This document shows positions 18,940 to 28,683 of a stretch of 64,000 bases of DNA, in pieces (position 1 is the stretch's first letter; the number at the start of each line of letters is the position of its first letter). The notes below the pieces were generated by a model that made no database searches, was not told the DNA's origin, and saw only the letters and a list, made by a program, of their open reading frames with translations. The DNA is from Alphaproteobacteria bacterium (lineage in GTDB: Bacteria > Pseudomonadota > Alphaproteobacteria > Rs-D84), in assembly GCA_017534945.1 (NCBI GenBank), contig JAFXVB010000026.1:65034-129033 (forward strand). Direction: 5' to 3'. A program made the translations under genes and the position numbers.

Positions 18940-20937
18940 CTATTCTAACAATAATAAATCATCTTGCATTTTGTGTATAGTATCACGAATTGCGGCCGCC
19001 TGTTCAAAATCCAAATCTTCGGCGGCTTTGCGCATACGTTTAGTAAGTGTTGCAATTTCTTTACGCAAACTTGCCGCATCCCATGTACCATTACTATTGT
19101 AAACAAACTTGCGTTTCTTGTCCACTTTTTCATTTGTATCGGCAACCTCACTAAACACAGCCTTGGTCACAGTTTTTGGTACAATACCATGTTCGGTATT
19201 ATACATCATTTGAATATCTCTGCGACGCGCGGTCTCGGTCAATGCTTCGCGCATAGAATCTGTTATATTATCGGCATACAACAAAACGCGACCATTTGCA
19301 TTACGCGCCGCACGCCCAATCGTTTGAATCAACGAACGCGTTGAACGCAAAAAACCTTCTTTATCTGCATCCATAATAGCGACCAATTCACACTCTGGCA
19401 CATCCAAACCTTCGCGCAACAAATTGATTCCAACCAAGACATCATATTTACCCAAACGCAATTCACGCAATAACTCAATGCGTTCCAAAGTATCAATATC
19501 ACTGTGCATATAACGCGCACGCACACCATTTTCGTTCAAGTAATCTGTCAATTGCTCTGCCATTTTTTTGGTAAGTGTCGTGACCAGCGCACGCCCCTTT
19601 AACTTTTTCAATTCATCCAATAAATCATCAACCTGGTGTTCAATTGGTCGAACTTCACAAATTGGGTCCAACAAACCTGTTGGTCGAATCACCTGCTCTG
19701 TCACAACACCATTTGATTGTTCTAATTCCCATTGTGCCGGTGTCGCAGACACGAATATCGTTTGCGGTCTAAGGGCATTCCACTCATCAAAAGTCAGCGG
19801 TCGATTATCAATACATGACGGCAACCGAAAACCATATTGCGACAAATTTTCTTTACGCGCCCTATCCCCGCGGGACATCGCAGCAATTTGCGGTACCGTC
19901 ACATGACTTTCATCAATAAATAGTATTGCGTCTTTTGGCAAATATTCAAACAAAGTCGGTGGTGGTTGCCCCGGCATCCGCCCAGTTAAATATCGCGAAT
20001 AATTTTCAATACCCCGACATGTTCCGGTTGATTCCATCATTTCAATATCAAAATTCACGCGTTCACGCAGTCTTTGTTCTTCGACATATTTCATATTATC
20101 ATGAAAATATTTCAATCTTTCTTCTAAATCACGACGAATATTACCAATTGCCTGCATCACCGAAGGCATTGGTGTGGCATAATGTGTATTTGGATAAACC
20201 GCCACCCGATTTAATTTATGTAATTTTGCACCGGTAAGTGTATCGAAATCCCAAATTTCTTCTATTTCATCACCCCAAAAAGAAACCTTCCACCCCAAAT
20301 CCGCAGAATGTGATGGAAATATATCCAATGTATCCCCACGAACACGAAATTCACCGCGGTTCGGCGCAACATCATTTCTTTTATATTGAATATCAACCAA
20401 AGAACGAATCACATCCGCCACACCAACCCTGTCCCCAACATTTAACACGACACGCATAGACGAATATTGCTCTGGCGAACCCAAACCATAAATCGAAGAA
20501 ACCGAAGAAACAACAACAACATCGCGTTCTTCTAACATTGCACGCGTTGCGCTATGTCGCATACGATCCAATTGTTCGTTTATTGCGGCATCTTTATCAA
20601 TATATGTATCGGTTGTTGGTATATATGCCTCTGGCTGGTAATAATCATAATAAGACACAAAATATTCAACATGATTATGTGGAAAAAAAGATTTCATTTC
20701 TGTATATAATTGTGCCGCCAAAATTTTATTCGGCGCCATCAACAAAGCCGGTCGCGACAAATCGGCAATAACATTTGCCATTGTAAAAGTTTTCCCAGAC
20801 CCCGTCACCCCCAATAAAACCTGAGATTTTTTACCGGCATTAACACCCGCAACCAAATCCGCAATTGCATTTGGTTGATCACCCATTGGGGCATAATCAC
20901 TTTCAAGATTAAATATACTTTTTTTATTCACAAACAT
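18940..20937 (-). CDS. uvrB: excinuclease ABC subunit B
   Basis: GVTGSGKTFTMANVI, DESHVT, and a C-terminal UVR motif (DLDFEQAAAIRD). Confidence 0.95.
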   Translation of the reverse strand: MFVNKKSIFNLESDYAPMGDQPNAIADLVAGVNAGKKSQVLLGVTGSGKTFTMANVIADLSRPALLMAPNKILAAQLYTEMKSFFPHNHVEYFVSYYDYYQPEAYIPTTDTYIDKDAAINEQLDRMRHSATRAMLEERDVVVVSSVSSIYGLGSPEQYSSMRVVLNVGDRVGVADVIRSLVDIQYKRNDVAPNRGEFRVRGDTLDIFPSHSADLGWKVSFWGDEIEEIWDFDTLTGAKLHKLNRVAVYPNTHYATPMPSVMQAIGNIRRDLEERLKYFHDNMKYVEEQRLRERVNFDIEMMESTGTCRGIENYSRYLTGRMPGQPPPTLFEYLPKDAILFIDESHVTVPQIAAMSRGDRARKENLSQYGFRLPSCIDNRPLTFDEWNALRPQTIFVSATPAQWELEQSNGVVTEQVIRPTGLLDPICEVRPIEHQVDDLLDELKKLKGRALVTTLTKKMAEQLTDYLNENGVRARYMHSDIDTLERIELLRELRLGKYDVLVGINLLREGLDVPECELVAIMDADKEGFLRSTRSLIQTIGRAARNANGRVLLYADNITDSMREALTETARRRDIQMMYNTEHGIVPKTVTKAVFSEVADTNEKVDKKRKFVYNSNGTWDAASLRKEIATLTKRMRKAAEDLDFEQAAAIRDTIHKMQDDLLLLE

Positions 20938-20977
20938 AAATATAATACACTATAATCAAAATACAAGGGATAAGAGA

Positions 20978-23452
20978 ATGAATATAAAATCAAGACATCG
21001 CCGTCGCTTTTTTTGGACAATTGTGGCTTTATTTGGGCTTATCATCATTGGATTCATCTGTATTCCGCCGTTTATCAATTTGAATAAAATGAAACCAATT
21101 TTGGAAAGTAAATTGTATGAACAAACCGGTGTTAATACAAAAATCAAAGGCGATGTAAATTTCAGTTTGCTTGGTCATGTGACAATTGTTGCACACAATA
21201 TTGATGTTCCAAACGGACAAATTGGCGACATATCTTTTTCTGTTCCATTAAAACAAATGTTTGATTTGCAAAATGCGACTTTGAACAAACGCATAACTGT
21301 TCACAATGCGAACTTAAAAATTACAGACATATTTCCATACGCTGTATCACACGACATATTTATTTCAAATTCGCAACTGGATTTTATGAATCATGATTAC
21401 AAAATTGTTCGTGGTGTTTTATCCAACAACAAATTTTCTGGCCAGGTTCGCACCGGTCAACACAAATATGACATCACATACGAAAACGGCGAATTCACAA
21501 TATTAAACAGTAATGATAATTTATACATCCGCGGGACATTATTCCCCGATGGTGGTGCCGCCGGCGAAATGACAATAACCACAGACGACATAAACAAATG
21601 GTTTGAATTTGAAAACCCAAAAATAGACGAACCTGTTGCACTATCTATGGACTTTAATTGGGACGGTGGTTATGGATTTGATTTTACAAACATAAAGGCG
21701 AATAATTATCATGGTTCTATTAAATTATTACCTTCTGGATTTCGGTCTTTAAATTTTGAATCAAACACTGCAAATATCGATATGTCTTTCATTGCATACG
21801 ACCATAATATAACGAACAAAACAAATATGAATTTCGATTTATCCGGTCGCATAAAATTCAAAGACAATGTATTTTCAAAATTCAAAATTATTGCGGCGGG
21901 ATTAAATAACAAACTTGAATTAAATCATGTTGTTGCTGACAACATTGAATTATCTGGCGGCACATACGATGAATACGGATTACATAACACAAAATTACAA
22001 ATAAATAATTTACCTGAAAAATTCAGTTGTGAATTTTCTGGGACACCACTTGTTTGGGAATGTCAAACATTTACATACGGTGATATATCTGGTTCTATAT
22101 CATGCAACAACGGCATATTTAATATAATTGCAAATTCTACAGACAAAATGCCATCGTTCAAAACAATTCGCGATTTAATATCACGCATTGGTGAAAATGG
22201 AACGATTGATTTTACATTTTCAAATATGTCTGGGACATTGGTTATAACACCAAATCAAATGATACCAAAATTCCGTTATGCCACAGATGTCACATTATCC
22301 GGCATTGATTTTAATTTAAAATTTTTACCTGAATTTATGTTTAATACACGCGGCACATATACACATAATGGAAACAAAAAAACATTTATTCCTGAAAATC
22401 AACAATGGATGATTGATATCACAGACAACAATTTTACAATTACTGGTAAAAACTTTAAACAATGGTTGCCGAACATGGATTTGCGTTTTTTAAACGATAT
22501 GCCGTATGCTGTATCTGGGACATATAACGACACAAACATTGGTGATTTGAATATTATTTTAGCAGGTCAAATTTTTTCAGGCAATTTAACCAATTCTGGA
22601 TTAAACCTGAAAACGACAACTTTAAATTTGGATAAATTTATAAATCCATATTTCAAAGATAATTTCGAAGAACAAAAATTTTTAACCAATCACCCATTGG
22701 CAACAATTTTTGAATTGCCATTAAATATTTCGTTGTCCGCAGATTCAATAATATTAAATGACCAAGAATATAAAAACTTTGTATATTCGTTAAAACCAAA
22801 TACCCAGGTCTTTTCAATATCCGACAATAATCGTGGTCATTTACTGGGTATAATTGAAAAAGACAAATTTGATTACGACATTTCGATTCAATTAAACAAA
22901 TTTCAATTAAACGGAGAATTATTAAAATTTGAAACCCCGTTAAATATTGATGGTGCAACTGCCACCGCAGAAATCAAATTACACACATCGGGTCAAACCG
23001 CAAACGATTTGATTTATAACCTGAACGGTGATGTTGACATAACATTTTCCAACGGCATCATCAAAGGGTTTGGATTTGATATGTTTTATGCGTCTGCTGA
23101 AAAATTAAACATGATGAATGCAGAATATGTGTTATCTGCCGCTTTGGAATCTGGGCAAACAGAATTGAAAAAATTAAAAATTGTTGGCACATATAAAAAC
23201 GGTAATTTTGAAACAACGCGACCACTTACTATATCAATGAAACATATCGAAGGTGTTGGTGCATTATTCATCAACAATCGCATTATGACCGGAACATTTG
23301 AATTTGTTTTGCGTGGCACCGCGCCACAACCGGCATCAATTGAATTAAACATAAACGAAAATGGCCGCCGCACATATTCAATCACAGAAATCATAAACAA
23401 TCTGGATTTGGGATACATGCGCGCATTTTTGAAAACACATAACAAATTCTAA
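20978..23452 (+). CDS. AsmA-family outer-membrane assembly protein
   Basis: 824 aa with a single N-terminal TM, then a long Asn/Thr-rich beta-type region. This is the typical size and layout of AsmA-like proteins. Confidence 0.45.
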   Translation: MNIKSRHRRRFFWTIVALFGLIIIGFICIPPFINLNKMKPILESKLYEQTGVNTKIKGDVNFSLLGHVTIVAHNIDVPNGQIGDISFSVPLKQMFDLQNATLNKRITVHNANLKITDIFPYAVSHDIFISNSQLDFMNHDYKIVRGVLSNNKFSGQVRTGQHKYDITYENGEFTILNSNDNLYIRGTLFPDGGAAGEMTITTDDINKWFEFENPKIDEPVALSMDFNWDGGYGFDFTNIKANNYHGSIKLLPSGFRSLNFESNTANIDMSFIAYDHNITNKTNMNFDLSGRIKFKDNVFSKFKIIAAGLNNKLELNHVVADNIELSGGTYDEYGLHNTKLQINNLPEKFSCEFSGTPLVWECQTFTYGDISGSISCNNGIFNIIANSTDKMPSFKTIRDLISRIGENGTIDFTFSNMSGTLVITPNQMIPKFRYATDVTLSGIDFNLKFLPEFMFNTRGTYTHNGNKKTFIPENQQWMIDITDNNFTITGKNFKQWLPNMDLRFLNDMPYAVSGTYNDTNIGDLNIILAGQIFSGNLTNSGLNLKTTTLNLDKFINPYFKDNFEEQKFLTNHPLATIFELPLNISLSADSIILNDQEYKNFVYSLKPNTQVFSISDNNRGHLLGIIEKDKFDYDISIQLNKFQLNGELLKFETPLNIDGATATAEIKLHTSGQTANDLIYNLNGDVDITFSNGIIKGFGFDMFYASAEKLNMMNAEYVLSAALESGQTELKKLKIVGTYKNGNFETTRPLTISMKHIEGVGALFINNRIMTGTFEFVLRGTAPQPASIELNINENGRRTYSITEIINNLDLGYMRAFLKTHNKF

Positions 23453-23460
23453 AAAAAAAC

Positions 23461-23487
23461 ACCCGCCATTTTGGCGGGTATTTTTTT
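23461..23487. terminator. bidirectional rho-independent terminator
   Basis: ACCCGCC-ATTTT-GGCGGGT is flanked by an A-run upstream and a T-run downstream. It lies between convergent genes. Confidence 0.7.
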
Positions 23488-25258
23488 AATTTTTCTTTCT
23501 TATTTGAATATGAACATCGCGTAATTGTTGTTCGCTTACCTCATTTGGCGAACCCATCAACAAATCTTGTCCGCGTTGGTTTGCCGGAAAGGCAACGATT
23601 TCACGAACACTGTCGCCGATACCCAAAATTTCGGAAACAACGCGTTCAATACCAAACGCACAACCGCCATGCGGTGGCGCACCATATTGGAACGCAGTAT
23701 ATAATCCAGAAAAGTTTTTCTCTACCGCTTCCAATGGATATCCTGCAATTTCGAAACATTTTTTCATAACTTCTGGATTATAATTACGAAGTCCCCCACT
23801 ACAAATTTCGATACCATTCAAGACCATATCGAATTGTGCAGCCTTAATAGTGAACGGGTCGCGTGTTGATAATTCTTCGATTGAATCCACAATTGGATAT
23901 GAAAAAGGATTATGTGTAAATGCCGGCGCACCACCCCTTTCTTCATCTGGTTCAAAGAACGGGAAATTATCGACCCAGCAAAATGCGAAATCGCGTGGCT
24001 TTATCAAACCCAAATCTGCACCCAATTTATTACGCAATTTACCGGCGGCCTTGGCGGCATTATCCACCATATCGCACACAAAGAACAAAGAAGAATTATC
24101 ACCTGCAATTGCGTGCAATTTTTCAATGCGTTCGGCATCTAACTTTTTTGCAACAGGCCCCTTTGGTTCATCTGCAAAAACGATATACCCCAATCCACCA
24201 AGTCCCAATTCGCGCGTTGCATATTCGCCCAACTTATCAAACCAAGAACGCGGGCTAGAAGCGGATGCCGGTGCCGGAATCGCACGCACAACGGCGCCAC
24301 TTTCAATTGCATTTGCAAAGATTCCAAATTCAGACCCGCGGAAAATTTCCGTCACATCACTGATTAAAATAGGATTACGCAAATCTGGTTTATCACAACC
24401 ATATTTTAACATTGCATCATCAAATGATATATGCGGGATTTCCGGATAAACATTTGCATCCGGCGCAAAAGTTTTCACCATTTCCGGCATAATTGCTTCG
24501 CCAACGGCTTGGATATCTGGCAAATCAACAAAAGACATTTCCATATCTAATTGATAAAATTCCAACAATCTGTCGGCGCGCAAATCTTCATCACGAAAGC
24601 AAGGCGCAATTTGGAAATACCGGTCAAAACCCGACACTTGCAACATTTGCTTAAACATCTGGGGTGCTTGGGGCAACGCATAAAATTTACCATGATGCAA
24701 ACGCGATGGCACCAAGAAACTGCGTGCGCCTTCGGGTGAATCCGCGGTAAGCAATGGTGTTTGAAATTCAGAAAATCCCAAATCCCACATTTTATCGCGC
24801 AACCATTTCATCATTTTATTACGCATCAAAATATTGTAATGCAACCGTTCACGCCGTAAATCCAAGAAACGATATTTATAACGCAATTCTTCACTTGTTT
24901 CTTCGTCCCCGAACACTTGGAAAGGAAGTATTTCGGCATTTGTTAACACATTTACTTTTTCCGCCTTTATTTCAATATGCCCGGTTGGGATTTTATCATT
25001 AATTGCGTCCGCATCACGCGCGACAACTTTGCCTGTAATTTGAATCACAGATTCCGGACGAATTTTTTCCAAATTTTCATCGCCCCCATCAAACACACAT
25101 TGTGTAATTCCATAATTATCGCGCAGGTCAATAAACAACAAAGACCCATGGTCGCGCTTACGATGAACCCAACCTGCCAAAGTCACAGTTTCACCGACAT
25201 TACCAATATTCAATTCACCGCAAGTATGCGTTCTGTATTTTGATTTTAAAGATAACAT
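23486..25258 (-). CDS. aspS: aspartate--tRNA ligase
   Basis: YRTHTCGEL, FIDLRD, FYQIAPCFRDED and GLDR-like motifs. I placed the start at MLSLKSKY, which has an AAGGGA Shine-Dalgarno. The 52 upstream codons in the ORF track cover a T-box-like leader. Confidence 0.9.
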   Translation of the reverse strand: MLSLKSKYRTHTCGELNIGNVGETVTLAGWVHRKRDHGSLLFIDLRDNYGITQCVFDGGDENLEKIRPESVIQITGKVVARDADAINDKIPTGHIEIKAEKVNVLTNAEILPFQVFGDEETSEELRYKYRFLDLRRERLHYNILMRNKMMKWLRDKMWDLGFSEFQTPLLTADSPEGARSFLVPSRLHHGKFYALPQAPQMFKQMLQVSGFDRYFQIAPCFRDEDLRADRLLEFYQLDMEMSFVDLPDIQAVGEAIMPEMVKTFAPDANVYPEIPHISFDDAMLKYGCDKPDLRNPILISDVTEIFRGSEFGIFANAIESGAVVRAIPAPASASSPRSWFDKLGEYATRELGLGGLGYIVFADEPKGPVAKKLDAERIEKLHAIAGDNSSLFFVCDMVDNAAKAAGKLRNKLGADLGLIKPRDFAFCWVDNFPFFEPDEERGGAPAFTHNPFSYPIVDSIEELSTRDPFTIKAAQFDMVLNGIEICSGGLRNYNPEVMKKCFEIAGYPLEAVEKNFSGLYTAFQYGAPPHGGCAFGIERVVSEILGIGDSVREIVAFPANQRGQDLLMGSPNEVSEQQLRDVHIQIRKKN

Positions 25259-25428
25259 TTTGGTCCCTTTTTTTTTCGGCACCAAACAAAAACCAGATTT
25301 GGCACCAACATTACAACTTTCGGGGCGCGAATATACCGCGCGGTGCCACCCGAATTTATCACTCGTACATTGGGTTTTGTTGCCTCCATGGTTGTCAGTC
25401 ATATCAACGGCCACGCGCCCTTAAAAAC
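25259..25428 (-). promoter_or_regulatory. T-box-like leader RNA (Asp) upstream of aspS
   Basis: On the minus strand, AAAUUCGGGUGGCACCGCG matches the T-box consensus. It folds as UUCGGG / bulge UGGCACC / GCGCG-GUAUAUU-CGCGC / CCCGAA. GAC triplets lie in an upstream hairpin. Confidence 0.6.
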
Positions 25429-25434
25429 AAGATA

Positions 25435-25463
25435 ATTTTAATCACAAAAAATTGAATTTGCAA
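25435..25463 (-). promoter_or_regulatory. sigma70-like promoter for the aspS leader
   Basis: On the minus strand, TTGCAA, a 17-nt spacer, then TAAAAT. Confidence 0.4.
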
Positions 25464-25481
25464 GTGAATTAAAAATATATT

Positions 25482-25805
25482 TTATCGACTGATTCTGTCC
25501 AAAACGAACCGAAACCAAGATATATGCTCGTAAATTTGCCCACTGGATTGCAAAGCCCTGATATATTCGGCCGCCGCAGATTTCAATGATTTCACCTTTT
25601 GTTCACCCAACTCTTGCGTTTTATTTTCATAATATTGCGCAACAAAATCCTGACACAAACCCGTTTTTTCAATTTGATGGATATTCATAAAACTTTCAAC
25701 CAATCGCGCATATTGTTCTTGTTTTTTCTGCTTACGCGAACGATTTTCATCTTCTCGTTTTTTATCCTCAATCAATCTAGCAAATTTTTTATTTATATCA
25801 ATCAT
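25482..25805 (-). CDS. hypothetical protein (107 aa)
   Basis: ORF immediately downstream of the 740-aa repeat protein on the same strand. Confidence 0.4.
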   Translation of the reverse strand: MIDINKKFARLIEDKKREDENRSRKQKKQEQYARLVESFMNIHQIEKTGLCQDFVAQYYENKTQELGEQKVKSLKSAAAEYIRALQSSGQIYEHISWFRFVLDRISR

Positions 25806-25822
25806 GCAAATTCACCCTAAAA

Positions 25823-28045
25823 TTATCTGGTATGTACCTTTTTCAACACACCACGATTAACCAGATATGCGCGTTGTTGCGCCTTGGTTGCATTCTCGAA
25901 TTTACTGTGTTTACCCAAACTGCCGCCACGTGCCTCGACACGTTGTTTGGCCATCTGTTGAACGCCTTTACCACGTTCCCCAGCATCCACAATAACCTTG
26001 TTTAATTCAGCCATTTGTGCATCTGTTAATTTTTGATTACCGTTCACAGCCAAATTCAACACATCAATATTAAATCCATATTCACGATATATAAAATACG
26101 CATATGCAACGCGTTCCACAGAAATATAATCGCTTAAAACAATATTGCCTGATTGAACTTGGTTATTTATTTTTGCTAACACATTTGCTTTTTTTGCACC
26201 ACCAATAATATCCAGCGCAGAATTATAATAATTCACCAAAGCCTCTGCATACGCTGTATCAATTGCAACTGTCGTCGCTTCTTGTTTTTGAACAACAGGT
26301 CTTGCTTGTTCTGTCTTGATATTTTTTTTATCCGACTTAACTGGTATATTATTATTCGTAGGTAAGAACGTAATCCACATACCTGCAACCGCCACTAATG
26401 CCGCAATCGGTGCAACAGACGGATGCGCAAACAAATTTCTATAAAAACGACCAAGATTTTTCTTTTCTTCTTCGGCTTGCTTTTCTTCGCGTTTCAATTC
26501 TTTCCAGTGTTCACGTGACGCGCGTTCTGCATCACGAATAATTTCGCGATTTTGTTTTGCGGTTTTGCGTTTTGCTTTTAAATCATCATGCTTTACCATA
26601 ATTTCTGAAACCACAGAACCAACATTATATAAACCTTTATCAATCGCCCCAGATACTTTCATTGCAACATCGGCCACAGTATTTTCATATTTTTCACTAA
26701 CCGCCTGCATTGAATTTTGCAATTGTTCCAACTTTTGGTTTTTCGGTTGCTGTTGTTCCAAATTTTTCCAATGTTCACGTGACGCACGTTCTGCATCACG
26801 AATAATTTCGTGATTGCGTCTTGCCGTTTCGATTTCACTTTTCTTTTCTTGCCATTTTGATTTTAATTTATCTTTGACAGAAGCGAATCCATTTGCAACC
26901 TTGCCCACCGCCCCAAAAACAAATTTCTTTGCGTTATCAATATGTGCCTGTCTGCGTTCTTGATGTTCTTGTTTTTCAATTTCTTGCAATCTTGCTTGTT
27001 CGGCCTGTTCTGCTTCTTTACGCAACTTTTCTGCACGTTGTGCATCTTTATCTTGCTTAATAGTTGTTCTAATTTGTTCAATTCTTTCTCTTAACGCTTG
27101 TTCGCGTTCAGCTTTCTTTTCAGCAATCTGTTTCGCTCTTTCTTGGGCAATCTCGCGATTTTTTTGTTTGCGTTCAGCCTTTTGTTGTTCTATACGCTGT
27201 TTCCATTGATGAATTTTTTCACGTTCTTTTTGTTTTCTTTCTTCGATTTTCTGTCTAATACGATTGATTTTCTCTTTAACAGATTCCTTATCAGTTGCTG
27301 TTTGTTCAACATCTGATGCTGATTCATTTGATTCTTTTTCAGGTTCATAAACAGAAACAAAATCTTCGATTTCCGTATGGATATCCATTTCTTGAATTTT
27401 TTCTATTAAAATTTTTTTCGCCAAATTCGCAACATCACCGTCCACAGTATTAATAATCACAGCATTTAAAAATTTATGCACAGATTCTAAATATTCTTTT
27501 GAATTATTTTTCAATTTACCATTAACCACAGCATGAACCAATTCATATGCTTCATCTTGTATTACATCACACACTTCCACACTATGGAAAGTTCTACGAT
27601 GTTGTTTTATACATTTGCGCGCACGACTGACTTTATCAATACGACGCATCAAATCCTTTGCTGATAATTCTGTAATATCTTTTTTCTTGTTAATACCAAA
27701 TTTTGATTCTGTGCTGCGATTATATGCACCAACAAAAGCAACCACATCAAAGTTTGCATATTTTTGTAAATCGTTTAACAAACGATTGCGTTGCATTTGT
27801 TCAAAAGAATCTACTAACACTGCAAAACATTTAATATCATCATCGTCAAGATTTTTACCGGCATTGTACAAAGATTGTTTCATAAACAACAAATAATGCC
27901 CGGCCCGGCGGGAACATCTTTCCACCACCGCATGCGCGCGTTTATCGTTATAATTATCCGCCACGCGCGAATGAGCCTTTCGATAATCTTGTGCCAAATC
28001 AAAAATTTCTTTACGTTCTGTTTCTGTTAGCATAATAAACTCCAT
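25823..28045 (-). CDS. large coiled-coil, Lys/Glu-rich repeat protein with one TM segment (effector-like)
   Basis: 740 aa. Contains a KE-rich helical tract, a duplicated (H/R)EIIRDAERASREHWK motif, and the TM VAPIAALVAVAGMWITFLP. I recognised no enzymatic motif. Confidence 0.5.
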   Translation of the reverse strand: MEFIMLTETERKEIFDLAQDYRKAHSRVADNYNDKRAHAVVERCSRRAGHYLLFMKQSLYNAGKNLDDDDIKCFAVLVDSFEQMQRNRLLNDLQKYANFDVVAFVGAYNRSTESKFGINKKKDITELSAKDLMRRIDKVSRARKCIKQHRRTFHSVEVCDVIQDEAYELVHAVVNGKLKNNSKEYLESVHKFLNAVIINTVDGDVANLAKKILIEKIQEMDIHTEIEDFVSVYEPEKESNESASDVEQTATDKESVKEKINRIRQKIEERKQKEREKIHQWKQRIEQQKAERKQKNREIAQERAKQIAEKKAEREQALRERIEQIRTTIKQDKDAQRAEKLRKEAEQAEQARLQEIEKQEHQERRQAHIDNAKKFVFGAVGKVANGFASVKDKLKSKWQEKKSEIETARRNHEIIRDAERASREHWKNLEQQQPKNQKLEQLQNSMQAVSEKYENTVADVAMKVSGAIDKGLYNVGSVVSEIMVKHDDLKAKRKTAKQNREIIRDAERASREHWKELKREEKQAEEEKKNLGRFYRNLFAHPSVAPIAALVAVAGMWITFLPTNNNIPVKSDKKNIKTEQARPVVQKQEATTVAIDTAYAEALVNYYNSALDIIGGAKKANVLAKINNQVQSGNIVLSDYISVERVAYAYFIYREYGFNIDVLNLAVNGNQKLTDAQMAELNKVIVDAGERGKGVQQMAKQRVEARGGSLGKHSKFENATKAQQRAYLVNRGVLKKVHTR

Positions 28046-28149
28046 AAAAATTCAAACACTTTAATATACACCAAAAACAAATATTGTCAACAAAAAACAT
28101 TACTCAAAACCCACTCTTGATTTTTTACAAAATATAGCATAACATAAAA

Positions 28150-28300
28150 CCGCATGCGTGTGTTGCGCATGTAGGGTTCCTAGACCCTATGACAAGTATT
28201 CCAACCATTGGTTGGAGTGTGCGAATATACAAAATAAGCACGCAATTCTTGTCAATTGTTTAGGAACTCCAACCTCCAAACTCATTTGGCGGTTTTTTTG
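28150..28300 (+). ncRNA. structured leader or small RNA ending in a rho-independent terminator
   Basis: Hairpins at 28153-28171, 28173-28188 and 28200-28216, a terminator at 28271-28299 (CCTCCAAA-CTCA-TTTGGCGG plus a T-run), and a possible promoter TTGATT-17-TAACAT at about 28118-28146. Confidence 0.35.
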
Positions 28301-28322
28301 TATCTAAACAAAAGGAAACACT

Positions 28323-28655
28323 ATGGCAACCGCTGACATAAAAACATTGAACGCAATCAATAAAGTTTTGGATAAATTCGCAACACGACTTTCCCCTGAA
28401 TTGTCCCCGGTATTCACAAAAATTCGCGGCGCGGTGATTGAAACAGCATTGTCATATTATATCCATGACATTACAAAATCTCTTGAATCTTTGGTGGCAA
28501 CAATACACATCATAATTGTTATGAAATCTTATGACATTGCCCAAACAACCAAAACAAAATCCACCAAAGACAACCTGGATAAAATCCGCCAAATCGCGTT
28601 AAAATTGGTCCACAAATCCATAAAAACCGAATCAATTAAAAATAATTGCAATTAA
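28323..28655 (+). CDS. hypothetical protein (110 aa)
   Basis: ORF with an AAGGAAA Shine-Dalgarno. No motif recognised. Confidence 0.4.
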   Translation: MATADIKTLNAINKVLDKFATRLSPELSPVFTKIRGAVIETALSYYIHDITKSLESLVATIHIIIVMKSYDIAQTTKTKSTKDNLDKIRQIALKLVHKSIKTESIKNNCN

Positions 28656-28664
28656 AAAAATCTC

Positions 28665-28673
28665 TGTTATAAT
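28665..28673 (+). promoter_or_regulatory. extended -10 element TGTTATAAT upstream of the tRNA
   Basis: A TGnTATAAT match 10 nt before the tRNA 5' end. Confidence 0.3.
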
Positions 28674-28683
28674 GCGTTCCATC

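Noticed and set aside
20978-23452. The 824-aa protein was considered as a component of the secretion systems.
   Set aside because: The single N-terminal anchor plus a long beta-rich Asn/Thr-rich body fits the AsmA family. It has no linkage to the pil-like or virB genes.
25259-25414. The N-terminal 52-codon extension of the aspS ORF in the track.
   Set aside because: Canonical AspS begins at MLSLKSKYRTHTCGEL, which has a good Shine-Dalgarno. The extension coincides with the T-box-like leader. The same logic applies to the rsmI extension at 4324-4437, which would overlap the divergent lipoprotein gene.
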